Part shown: positions 10,875 to 22,559 of the stretch, one piece after another | Layout of the letters: each line of letters starts with the position of its first letter | How positions within the stretch are numbered: the stretch's first letter is position 1 | Source of the DNA: Narcine bancroftii | Lineage: Eukaryota | Reading direction: 5' to 3' | Assembly (NCBI RefSeq): GCF_036971445.1 | Contig: NW_027212176.1 | Span: forward strand, 1 to 60,292 | DNA: 60,292 nucleotides | Program-made: the position numbers and the translations under genes | Notes under the pieces: model-generated | The model's input: only the letters and a program-made list of their open reading frames with translations | What the model was told of the DNA's origin: nothing | Databases searched by the model: none

Positions 10875-13800
10875 TCTTATTTGCAGATAATGGAAGAATG
10901 TCATGTTGAACAAATTATACTTGTTTCTCAATCGCTCAAATGACATAAGTTGCCTACATACCCACCCCCCCACCTTTGTGACAATCCTCGATACACCTGA
11001 CTCCCCCCCTCGGGCACCAGGTGTCCAGGACATTATTTCCCAGAGTCAAGGTTACTAAATTATTCTGAGTCAGGGGCATTTTGGGGGATATCCCCACCTT
11101 CCATCCAATACCTTGTTTTATCCTTTTCCATGTCTGAAGTACGTTTTAAAATGGGGGTTATCTGTTTTCTTTAAGAGTTAACGAATGCAGCCCAATCTGC
11201 GTCCACACTGGGGCCCCCTTCTCCCTCAAATAGCGAGGCGATAAATCTCACTTGGGATCCCCATAATACTTTTGATAGCCAGGTCATTTTAATTCCCCAA
11301 ATTATAATCCCATGTTAACTTTTCCATGGAGATTCTAGCCACTTTCCCATTGCAAAGAAACTTCCTGACACACTCGTTGAGGACCTTAAAAAAAATCCCT
11401 GAGGCAATGCAATGGGTAGGATATTGAAATCAGCTTCATTTTGACACAGTTGACTCTGCCCATGAATGTAATGGGCAAAGTCTTCCAGCTGACCTGGTCT
11501 TCCTCAATGCTCCGGAACAAAGTGATAAAATTAAGCTTGTACAAATTACATAAATCCTTTTCTAATTTGACCCCCAAGTACTTTATCCTTTCCCTCAGCC
11601 ACTCGAACTCACTGTCACATTCATCCTGATCGTAATCCCCATTTGTTAGAAGCATAACCTCAATCTTATTCAGATTTACTCTGTATCCAATATTGGCCAG
11701 GCTGAGGACCAGCCTGGCCAATAACCCCCCCCCCCCCCCACCCAAACCTCAGATTCATTAAATATACTAACACATCATCAACAAGAAGGCTGAATTTTGT
11801 ATTCCACCGGCCCACATTCAACCCCCTTATGTCTGGATCCTGCCAAATGGGCTCTCCCAGTGGCTCTATAGCCTGTATGAATAGAGCCCAGGACAAAGGA
11901 CAACCTTGTCTACTTGACCCATTCAAGGAAAACGCTGGAGATATCTGCCCATTTGTAATAATTTTGGCTTGAAGTTTATGATAAAGAGCCTTAACTCAAT
12001 TGATAAATTGTGTGTCCCAATCTGAATTTCTGCAGCACCTTCAACAGAAAATCCCACTCCAGTCTGTTGAAGGCCTTCTCTGCATCCAAAGTTATGGCCA
12101 CTCCCGGGTCCACCCTTGATTGTGCTAGATGTGCAATGCTTAGCAGTCTAGCTATGTTTTCTATGAAACCAACCTAATCTGGGTTTGTTAACTTTGGCTG
12201 GTGTTTCAACAGCATGTTTGCCAATGCTTTTGCGATTATTTTGTAATCGGCATTCAGTAATGTAATAGGCCTATATGAGGCAGGTTTCAGGGGATCCCTG
12301 TCTTCTTTTGGTATTACCATAATGATTGCTGTTGTGAAAGATTCCAGGCGGGTATCCGTTTCTGCCGCCTGATCTGCCACCTTCATAAGAAAGGGCTACA
12401 AGAAGTCCTTGAATTCCTTGTAAAATTTGGCGAGGAAGCCATCCTCTCCCAGGATCTTGCCCACCTGTAAAGAGCCCAGAGCCCATTCCATTTCATCCTT
12501 AATAAATGGAGCACTCAGCCCCTCTTGCTCCTCCTGTCCTAAATTTGGCAAGTCCAATGGGTGCAAGAATTCATCTATTTTGGTGCAGTCTCTCCCTGAC
12601 TCTGATTTATAAATTTCTTCATAGAATTCTTTAAATGTCATTTATTTCTTTTGGCCTGCATGAGGTCTTACTTTCCCCTGTCTGAATCAAGTTGACTATT
12701 CTGGAAGCCTCCTCTGCCCTCACCTACCAAGATGAGATTTTATGGGCCTTCTCCCCCAGCTCATGGTACTGCTGTCTGGATCTTAGAACCAACTTTTCCA
12801 TCCTATGCATTTGCAGCATATTGTACTCAAGTTTTTTTATTCAGCAAGTTTCTATATTTCTTTTCCCTGCCCAGTACTTTTCCATTTGTGTTATCTCCAA
12901 TTCCAGATCATTAACCTAATTTTTGACATTCTTGGTGTACCCAATTATCTGGCCCCTTAAATAAGCCTTTAATGTGTCCCATATCAGGAAGTTATCCTCA
13001 GTAGAGGGGCAGATCATCTCACAGAACAAATCTATCTGAGCACTCCCAAAGCCACAAATTTCCATTTTCCCAACAATGTCATGTTCAGGCACGATCTATA
13101 CACTGGGGCCTGCTTATCCGGCATTAAAATCGTGCTCCAACAGCAGCCGTGCCTTCTACCTGGCTTCCACTATCCTACCCTCCAGTTGGGCTGACGCCAA
13201 GAAAAAAAATCAATCTGAGTGTCGGAGTTATGCGGCTGCGAATAAAAAGAGTAATCCCTTACTCTTGGATTCAGCCTCCTCCAGGCAAGATTCAACTCCT
13301 TCATGAAAGCCAGGGTGAACCTAGCTACCCTAACCCTTGTGACCTTCTTTGCCGATTTATCCATGGCCGGATCCAGACAAAAATTGAAATCCCATCACCC
13401 ACCCACCCACCCAGATACTTTCAAAAATATATCCTGTATAAACTTTTCATCATCGTAATTTGGGACATATCCAGAGTCCTGGATTCCAAGTATATCTGAC
13501 AATGCATCATCAGAACGGAATAAAGAGACGTCCATGCAGTCCAAGGGTGAACCAATAAATCGACTTTATTGTTCAAATCCACTGCGTTGCACAAAGGGTG
13601 CGCCCACTTCTGGTGACGTTTGAGCCAGCCTCCGGAAGCGACGTCAGCTCGTCGCGGCGTCACTCCTTGGCCGGCGGTGCGCCACCCGGAAGCACATGGT
13701 GTCAACCGCAGCCTTCTCTGTCATGAAAGGGGGGTGGCCTGTGCCATCTTAGGTCAGCTGACTGGTGCGGTCATTAGGCCCGTCTCACCACGGGGTTGCT

Positions 13801-14495
13801 CAGCCCGCTGCACCATGTCCACCTGTCTCTCTCCAAGATGTGCCAAGACTCTTTTCCTCCTTATCATTCCATTGATTCTATTAACATTCATATTTATTAC
13901 CTTAATTATCTCATCCATCACCTCAGGGATGTCCTAATATCATTACCGCCCTCCCTTTCCCGATCTTCCTTTGCCCCACATCTTCCGTCCCTTTTCGCCC
14001 AACAGACCTTGACCGCAGATGTCCACACCCACTCAGAACTTGGGTACGTTCTTAAAAAATTAAAAAGAAAGCCACCTTCAGCAAATAAAAACAATATGTA
14101 CCCCTTCCCCCATCTCCCAACCCCCCCAAGGACCCCCACCCCTTCGCCTGCTGCCACCGCTAGCACTCTGGCGCCAATTCTCTTACCAAACCAAGCCATG
14201 CCTGCAACACCCATCTTACTCCCTCCCCTCCACAAGCTCCCCAACTATATACATCCTCAAATGCCACTTTAGTCAGAACTTAATAAAATTCATTTCTACT
14301 AATACACTCACTCCAACCTACACCCTTCTCCCCCGGTAGCCTCTTGAAATTTGGCGAATCTCATCGCCTCCTTTGCCTCTGGATAGAACTTTTTGACACC
14401 CCAGGCTAATAGCACTTTCAGCCTCACCAGGTGCAATAGCCAACATCCCACCCCTTTGCTTCGCAGGACCTTTTTGACTTCGTCGAATTGTTTCC
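10875..14495 (-). mobile_element. Degenerate L1-clade LINE (ORF1 C-terminus, APE endonuclease, RT)
   Basis: KQFDEVKKVLRSKG (ORF1 end), MNVNRINGMIRRKRVL (EN start), SYRPITLLNADYKIIAKALAN, GSSRQGCPLS, IKYLGV; many frameshifts. Confidence 0.88.
13520..13817 (-). mobile_element. Probable short solo LTR interrupting the L1 endonuclease region
   Basis: GC-rich 300-bp block with minus-strand AATAAAG, absent from the right-arm L1 copy. Confidence 0.45.
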
Positions 14496-14799
14496 TTCAT
14501 TTCAGTAGCGCCCCACTAACACCTGGAAAGAAAGCTCGCTGCCCCCTAGATTTGATGGTTCTGGGATTGAGTTTGATCATTCCCGTCAAAGTTGGTGCCC
14601 CATGAACCGAACCCATATGGCCGGGGAGGGGGGGTGGGGGGAGTGCAAACACCACCCAGAAAACACGGGGGTTGGGAATGATGGAACGCAGACCAGCGAT
14701 GCAGCAGAGGGAAGCCTTACAGCCGCCGTGTGGTTGCAGCCCAGCTCCGCAGGTCACGCAGCGTCCACAGGAAGCCAAGTGTAGTGGAACGCATGCGCT

Positions 14800-15020
14800 G
14801 AGAGCAGTGTATCACTCAGTGGTGAATGTCCAATTGCGATCTGGCTCCCGGATGGTCCTTCCTTTTAAGGAAGGAATGTAAATTAGGCCACCAAAAGAAA
14901 AGATTAAAACATTTAACAGTGAAGAAAACAATTAAAGACAAAACATGGAAATAAAACTCCCTTTGATCAGTCAGTGCAATATGAGGTGTCAAAATAATTA
15001 CGCCTAATGACATTAAGAGA
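14800..15020 (+). promoter_or_regulatory. snRNA promoter of U1 copy 1 (DSE octamer-like ATGTAAAT near -187; PSE-position element near -65 to -45)
   Basis: Position relative to the U1 start; the upstream block TCACTCAG.GGTGA.TGTCCAATTGC...TTCCTTTTAAGG is conserved with copy 2 while surrounding DNA is not. Confidence 0.6.
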
Positions 15021-15062
15021 TAACGGTAGAGCTTGGGTGAGTGGGAGCGAGCACATTAAAGC

Positions 15063-15226
15063 ATACTTACCTGGCAGGGGAGAATCGGTGGTCAAGATGG
15101 CCGATCTCCCAGGACGAGGCTATCCCATTGCACTTCGGGTGTGCTGACGCCTGCGATGTCCCCAAATGCGGGATACTCGACTGCAAAATTTGTGGTAGTG
15201 GGGGACTGCGTTCGCGCTCTTCCCTG
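15063..15226 (+). ncRNA. RNU1: U1 spliceosomal snRNA, copy 1
   Basis: 164 nt; ATACTTACCTGG 5' end, ATTGCAC U1A loop, Sm site AATTTGTG, terminal stem-loop IV, 3'-box-like GTGAAAGACAG. Confidence 0.97.
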
Positions 15227-15954
15227 ATCCTCTGTGAAAGACAGTTCTTTTTCGTTGCTTAACGCATTGCTTTAGCGTTTAAAGCCTATACTGATGCAGC
15301 GTCACTGCCTGGACCATCAGACTCTGCACCCAGTGAAGTTCTCTGCTTTTCTCCTTCGAAACATTTTCGCCATGTAGTAAATATTTGTCTGGCCCCGAGG
15401 TGCGATTGGGAACTGCTTCCACCCTCTTTCCTCTCCCCTTCCTCATTCCTCTCTCACGCTCCACCCTCTCCTCCCCCTCCTGAATACGATGGGATCTTCC
15501 TGTGTGCTGCTAACAGGGACTCTTACACACCCCTGGTTCCCCGACCAACGCGGGGAATTCTCTGCAAGAATTGATCAATTGCAATTCTATAACTCATCTT
15601 CGGTGTAGCGCACACCTTACCTGCGACACTTCCAGCAATGTCCACAGCAGCGACTTGGCGTGGGGCTTGGACCACGAGGCAGAGAGAGAGTGTGTTCTCT
15701 ACAGAGCTGATCTGTGCTTCAAGCCAATAATGACCCTAGGTGATTTAAATTAGCCAACGGCAAGGAATCCATGAATGGGAGGCCGGAGATTGACAGGTGA
15801 TGTGACTTCCGAATAAGTTTCAGACAGGAAGGAAGGCCATGTGACCACCCACAATACACACACTCCAGACAGGCAGGGAGGCCACGTATCCTCCGCACAC
15901 AAAATAAAGAGAATTGTCCACAGCCCACCTAATGGCTCAGGCATGTAAGGATAG

Positions 15955-16885
15955 AACAGCAGTTATTGTGGGGGACTGTAACATGCACATAAAACTGGGT
16001 GAATCAGCTTGGTTAAAACAACCTTGAGGAGGATTTCCTAGAAGGCACACGTGAAGGCTTTTTTGAACAGCACTTCACTGAACCTACAAGGGAACAAGCA
16101 ACAAAAAAAAACACAAAGCGAGCTCTAAAGAGAGAGAAGGCAGAGGAATGATGAGCACAAAATATAAAAATGGACAGAAGAAGTCTTTATTATTAAATAA
16201 AGTGCAAAAGGGTGGCTAAAGTGAAGGTTGGCCCCTTGGAAGATGAGAAGGGGAGAACTGAAATTGGAAAATAATGAAATAATAATGAGGGAATTGAAAT
16301 TGGATAATGAGGAAATGACTATTTCTATGTTGGAGGTCACATAGAGCATGTCAAAGCCAGATGTTGTGGATTTGATGGGAGGTGAATGTAATAGCTATGA
16401 CTAATGAGGTCGAACTCAGAAAACCAGAGGGTTTAAAGATTGATAAGTCTCCTGGTTCTGATGGAATGGATCCCAGGGTACGGAAAGAAATAGCAGCAGT
16501 TCTAGTCAAGGCTTTGATAATAATTTCCCAAAATTCTCTGGACTCTGGCCAAATCCCGGTAGATTGGAAGACAACGAATGTCACATACGAAAAAGGATAT
16601 CGGCGAAAGTTGACCATCTGCAGTTGGGAAAATGCTTGAAGGTGTCATTAATAGCAAGGTATGTGGAGCAAAAAGGCAGAGCAGCATTGATTCAATAAAG
16701 GCAGGTCCTGTTTGACAAACTCACTGGATATAATGAGCACATTAAATAGAGGAGAGCGGGTGGGCATTGTTCACCTGGATTCCAGAAGGTGCTTGATAAG
16801 GTGCCGCATAATAGACTTGTACAGAAGATAGGATGCATGGAATTTGGGGTGATGGTTTAGCATGGATAGAGGATTGGTTAACCTA
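15955..16885 (+). mobile_element. CR1 LINE fragments
   Basis: GLKIDKSPGSDGMDPRVRKEIAAVLVKAL..SLDSGQIPVDWKTTNVT, typical of CR1 ORF2. Confidence 0.8.
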
Positions 16886-17104
16886 TAAAAAAGCAGAATT
16901 CAGATTTATTGTCGGAGTTCGTACATGACATCACATACAACCCTGAGATTCCTTTTTCCCGCAGGGATGGCAGAATTACCTCTAATTGGTAACGCAAAAA
17001 GTAAACTGTACGCAGCGTAAATGTAAACAATCAAAGAAGTGTGAACAGGTAACGAATGTAAACAAACTGTGCAATACAGGGAGAGCAAAGAAAATCATTC
17101 AACG

Positions 17105-17640
17105 AGATTTTCCACCCCTTCTCCGCAGAGTGACTCATCGTTGATGAGGCCAATGACTGTTGTGTTGTCTGCAAACTTGATCACTCCACCGGAGCGGGAT
17201 CTGGCGATGCCGCCGTACATCAGTAGCGTGAACAGGGGCGGTCTGAGCACACAGCCCTGAGGTGTGCCCGCGCTCAGCGTGACGCTGCCCGACGTTCTGC
17301 TACCGATCCAGGCTCTCTGTTAGGAAGTCCAGGTCCAATGACTGAGAGAGGTGTTGAGTCCCAGCGAGGACAGCTCCTCCACCAGCTTCTGGGGAATGAT
17401 CATATTCAATGCCGGCTGGAGTCAGTGAACAGCAGGCTGGCGTTTGAGGCGTTGTTCTCCAGGTGGGCCAAGACAGAGTGAATGGACAAGGCTACAGCAT
17501 CGTCTGTGGTACGGTTTCTTCTCCAGGTGGATTCAAATGGCACTTCATAATGGTGGAGGTCAGGGCCACAGGCCTGTAAGGTCACCTCTTGAGTACTGGG
17601 ATAAGGGGGGCTTCCTTGAACCCTGCGGGATTGCAGCAGT
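17105..17640 (-). mobile_element. Rex1/Babar LINE RT fragment
   Basis: Minus-strand TLSAGTPQGCVL.P.LFTL...VIKFADNTTVIGLI. Confidence 0.75.
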
Positions 17641-17924
17641 GAGCTGATGGTCCTGCGCCGCCCTTCAGGTACATTGTCTGGGTCCCGTCGCCCCGTCCTT
17701 CATTCGCAAGGTTGACTGCTGGGCCGTGTCTGCTACGTGGCTTTACGCTCAGGGGTATTGGTACCCGACGGAAACCCCAAATTCCCCACTGTCGAAAGCT
17801 GGGTCCTGGACCACCCGGGCTGGGTGGGGGGGGGAAGCTGTAGAGGCACAGGGCGGGCTGGGGCGATGCACTGGGTTCGCAGCCTCCGGCGGCAGCGCTG
17901 GTGAGTGATACACGTGCTGGGGAG

Positions 17925-18150
17925 CAGGGTGTCACTCAGCGGTGAGTGTCCAATTGCAGGCCGCGCCCAAGAAATCGTTCTTCCTTTTAAGGCATATATG
18001 CAGATTAGAAGTGCGGAAGGAGAAGATCTAACAAAAATCACGAATAATGAAATAAATTAAAGACAACACGTGAAAGTGAAACGTTCGCTGGTCGGATAGT
18101 GCCATATAATGTTTTACAATGATAACTCACAATGATGTTAAGGAGTGTGG
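17925..18150 (+). promoter_or_regulatory. snRNA promoter of U1 copy 2 (octamer-like ATGCAGAT at 17998; PSE-like TCACAATGATGTTAAGG near -61)
   Basis: Canonical DSE/PSE spacing; homologous to the copy 1 upstream block. Confidence 0.6.
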
Positions 18151-18187
18151 ATGGAGGTTGGGGGCGTGAGGCTGAGCTGAATGAAGC

Positions 18188-18351
18188 ATACTTACCTGGC
18201 AGGGGAGAATCGGTGGTCATGATGGCCGATCTCCCAGGACGAGGCTAACCTATTGCACTTCGGGTGTGCTGACGCCTGCGATGTCCCCAAATGCGGGATA
18301 CTCGACTGCAAAATTTGTGGTAGTGGGGGACTGCGTTCGCGCTCTCCCCTG
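18188..18351 (+). ncRNA. RNU1: U1 spliceosomal snRNA, copy 2
   Basis: 164 nt; about 4 differences from copy 1; 3'-box-like GTGAAGAATAGA. Confidence 0.97.
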
Positions 18352-18649
18352 ATTCTCAGTGAAGAATAGATATCATTTTCATTAACTGTGGCACTGATGT
18401 AGTGTACAAAGCCCGTTTTTTTTTACTTTGTAACACTTTGCCATTTGGTTTCTGTAAATTTTTGTCTGGCTCTGATAACTGCTTCCACCCTCTTTCCTCT
18501 CTCTCCCCTCCCTCCTCTCACTCTCTTCTCCCTCCTGAACACGGTGGGATCTTCCTGTGTGAGGCTACAGGAGGTGCGCGGGTGATCATTGGTGGGAGGG
18601 TGAACCCAGCGATTGAGTACATGCAACCCCGAGATTCTTTTTCCTGCTG

Positions 18650-19275
18650 GTTAAAACTGAGGAGCTGATTGTTGACTTCAGGAAAGGAAAGCCAGTTATA
18701 AAAATCATTGGGGGATCAGAGGTGAAGAGGGTGAGCAAATCTAGGTTCTTGGGAGTCACCGTCTCGGAGGATTTTCCCTGGACCCAACACACCAATGGCA
18801 CTGTGAAGAAAGCTCGTCAGCACCTCGACATCCTCAGGGGTTCGCAGAGTTTGGTTCACCATCGGAAACCGTGGAAAATTTCTTCTGAGGTGTGCTGACC
18901 GGCTGCATCCTGGTCTGGTATGGGGATACCAATAGCCCTGAACGTAAAGCTCTCCAAAAGACAGTGGACACAGCCCAGAACATCACAGGCAAAGCCCTCC
19001 CCACCATCTAGAACATCTACGGGGAACACTGCCGTCAGAGGGCAGCAGCGATCGTCAAAGACCCTCACCACCCAGCACACGCTCTGTGCTTGCTGCTGCC
19101 ATCAGGGAAGAGGTGTAGGGGCCACAAGGCTCACACCCACCAGGTTCAGGAACAGCTGCTCCCCCTCCACCATCAGACTCCTCAATGACAAACTCAGACT
19201 TATTTAAGGATCTTACTTGTGCACTTTATGGATTTTCTTTTTATTCTCTTTGTATTGTACAGTCAGTTTATTTAT
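18650..19275 (+). mobile_element. Rex1/Babar LINE 3' portion
   Basis: KTEELIVDFRKG...RFLGVTVSED..WTQHT...KKARQHL...RFRNSCSPSTIRLLN. Confidence 0.8.
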
Positions 19276-19284
19276 AGTGTTTTA

Positions 19285-21060
19285 GTGCAATCGAACAACT
19301 GAAAAGTGGCAAAGCAGCAGGTATGGATGGAATCCCCCCAGAGGTCTGGAAGGCTGGCGGCAAAACTCTGCATGCCAAACTGCATGAGTTTTTCAAGCTT
19401 TGTTGGGACCAAGGAAAACTGCCTCAGGACCTTCGTGATGCCACCATCATCACCCTGTACAAAAACAAAGGCGAGAAATCAGACTGCTCAAACTATAGGG
19501 AATCACGCTGCTCTCCATTGCAGGCAAAATCTTTGCTAGGATTCTACTAAATAGAATAATACCTAGTGTCGCCGAGAATATTCTCCCAGAATCACAGTGC
19601 GGCTTTCGCGCAAACAGAGGAACTACTGACATGGTCTTTGCCCTCAGACAGCTCCAAGAAAAGTGCAGAGAACAAAACAAAGGACTCTACATCACCTTTG
19701 TTGACCTCACCAAAGCCTTCGACACCGTGAGCAGGAAAGGGCTTTGGCAAATACTAGATCGCATCGGATGTCCCCCAAAGTTCCTCAACATGATTATCCA
19801 ACTGCACGAAAACCAACATGGTCGGGTCAGATACAGAAATGAGCTCTCTGAACCCTTCTCCATTAACAATGGCATGAAGCAAGGCTGTGTTCTCGCACCA
19901 ACCCTCTTTTCAATCTTCTTCAGCATGATGCTGAACCAAGCCATGAAAGACCCCAACAATGAAGACACTGTTTACATCCGGTACCACACGGATGGCATTC
20001 TCTTCAATCTGAGGCGCCTGCAAGCTCACACCAAGACACAAGAGAAACTTGTCCGTGAACTACTCTTTGCAGACGATGCCGCTTTAGTTGCCCATTCAGA
20101 GCCAGCTCTTCAGCGCTTGACGTCCTGCTTTGCGGAAACTGCCAAAGTGTTTGGCCTGGAAGTCAGCCTGAAGAAAACTGAGGTCCTCCATCAGCCAGCT
20201 CCCCACCATGACTACCAGCCCCCCCACATCTCCATCGGGCACACAAAACTCAAAACGGTCAACCAGTTTACCTAACTCGGGTGCACCATTTCATCAGATG
20301 CAAGGATCGACAATGAGATAGACAACAGACTCGCCAAGGCAAATAGCGCCTTTGGAAGACTACACAAAAAAGTCTGGAAAAACAACCAACTGAAAAACCT
20401 CACAAAGATAAGCGTATACAGAGCCGTTGTCATACCCACACTCCTGTTCGGCTCCGAATCATGGGTCCTCTACCGGCATCACCTACGGCTCCTAGAACGC
20501 TTCCACCAGCGTTGTCTCCGCTCCATCCTCAACATCCTTTGGAGCGCTTTCATCCCTAACGTCGAAGTACTCGAGATGGCAGAGATCGACAGCATCGAGT
20601 CCACGCTGCTGAAGATCCAGCTGCGCTGGGTGGGTCACGTCTCCAGAATGGAGGACCATCGCCTTCCCAAGATCGTATTATATGGCGAGCTCTCCACTGG
20701 CCACCGTGACAGAGGTGCACCAAAGAAAAGGTACAAGGACTACCTAAAGAAATCTCTTGGTGCCTGCCACATTGACCACCGCCAGTGGGCTGATATCGCC
20801 TCAAACCGTCCATCTTGGCGCCTCACAGTTTGGCGGGCAGCAACCTCCTTTGAAGAAGACCGCAGAGCCCACCTCACTGACAAAAGGCAAAGGAGGAAAA
20901 ACCCAACACCCAACCCCAACCAACCAATTTTCCCCTGCAGCCGCTGCAACCGTGTCTGCCTGTCCCGCATCGGACTTGTCAGCCACAAACGAGCCTGCAG
21001 CTGACGTGGACTTTTACCCCCTCCATAAATCTTCGTCCGTGAAGCCAAGCCAAAGAAGAA
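19285..21060 (+). mobile_element. RTE-clade LINE, 5'-truncated, RT disrupted
   Basis: FVDLTKAFDTV, GMKQGCVLAPTLF, LFADD, C-terminal C-x2-C-x12-H-x3-C; frameshift near 19500, TAA 20273-20275; (GAA)n tail. Confidence 0.93.
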
Positions 21061-21127
21061 TGTGATATCATGTATGTACTCTGTCAATAAATCTGAAAAA
21101 AATCAGTTTCAATTAAACTTCTCCCCT

Positions 21128-21129
<2 letters not shown>

Positions 21130-21172
<43 letters not shown>
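21130..21172. repeat. (TC)n microsatellite
   Basis: About 21 TC units. Confidence 0.95.
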
Positions 21173-21176
<4 letters not shown>

Positions 21177-21285
21177 ATCCCTGTCTCCTTTCCTCCAGTT
21201 CTTCACCCCCTTCCCTCTCCATTCAGAGAGCTACTCCTCCCCATCACCTCAGCTTAACTTCTATGTATTTAATTTTATATATGTA

Positions 21286-21485
21286 CAGCAAAACCCCTGT
21301 TATCTGGAATTCAAGCAGCTGCCAACCTCAAGCAACCAGCAAAAAAAACTGCAGAAAATAAATCGTTAAAAAAGACAGGTTTAAAATGGTACACCTCGCC
21401 ATTAGGCAAAATCTAAAGCAACTGGAAAATACACATCCGGCATCTAACCATTCCTATATATGCCAGATACCAGGGAATTTTACTG
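21286..21485. mobile_element. Tc1/mariner-type MITE, 200 bp
   Basis: TA|CAGCAAAACCCCTGTTATCTGG ... CCAGATACCAGGGAATTTTACTG|TA. Confidence 0.75.
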
Positions 21486-22559
21486 TATATTTGTCCTGCA
21501 GATGTATTGGTTGTCTGTTTGTGTGATGTTTAGGTGTGTGTCTGCGTGTTTTGTACCAAGTACCTGGAATGCTACTTTGTCAGGTTGTACTCATGCAATC
21601 AGATGATAAATGAACGAATGAACCTCTCTTCTATTTTTGCACCTGTATCCACCTATGACCTATTGGCTTGTAATCTTCCCCCTTGTTAGGAATTAAAGTA
21701 CCTTTAAAGAAATTGCTCGAGACAAAAATTGAGAACAAAGAACATTTATTACTACAACAATGCAAAGTTGGGTGCTTCCCCTTACCCTGGGAATACACAC
21801 ACACACTGGGGCTCACCCAACTTTTATACAGTTGATTTCAGTGTAGGAATACCCTCCCCCTTACATTCTTCTGCCTCCTGCTGGAGAGGTTTGGCATTAG
21901 GCAATCCTGCCTGCCTACGTGCAATTTCAGTATACTTGGAGAACCAGGGGGGGGTATCCTGTCGGTGTCCCTTCATGTCATTGTCCTTATTCACACCTTC
22001 CTGATTCTCGGGGCTACAGTCTCTTGATATGCAGAGTTGACTCATTCTATCTAGGGTTGGCTAATTTCATATGTATAAATCTGTGTATGGTTAGCTAATT
22101 AGAAATGTATGACTTGGTACTTCTGTCCAGGGCTAGGAGACCCTTATCTGATCCAGACTACCTCAACTTCCTACATTCTATTGTACCTTACCATTCCTTA
22201 TCTTAGTCCTATGGTCTTGTCACAAAGGATAGAAGATTCTTATGTTAATCGTGCTGACTCTGCTTTCCTGCATCCTAAGCCCCAAACTTATCCTGTTTGA
22301 ACTGGTTACAGCCATTTTACTGATGAACTTCAGTTTCTTCCATGTTCATAATTTTAGGTCAATTTTCCCATCTCTCACAATCCTCACTTTTCTTTTAGAT
22401 CAGTAATACTGATCTTTCACCATGATCAGTGTTACTGATCTTTGGTTACTAGTGTCAGTGTGACTGATCCCCCCCCCCCCCCCCCCCACTTTCCTCACTT
22501 TTCTTTTAGATCAGTAACACTGATCTTTCAAGTGTAAGGTGTGGTTTTACCCAGCTGGT

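Larger units (their letters stand above)
6803..13520. repeat. Left arm of inverted segmental duplication
   Basis: Reverse-complement colinear with about 53515-60292 across exons, introns, Tc1 TIR, MITEs and L1 with shared lesions. Confidence 0.92.

Noticed and set aside
15560-15950. Possible LTR or promoter (CCAAT, TTTAAAT) downstream of U1 copy 1
   Set aside because: Boundaries and TSD could not be defined
21729-22300. Identical small ORFs recurring at 21.7, 27.1, 44.8 and 49.5 kb
   Set aside because: Incidental ORFs within repeated LTRs
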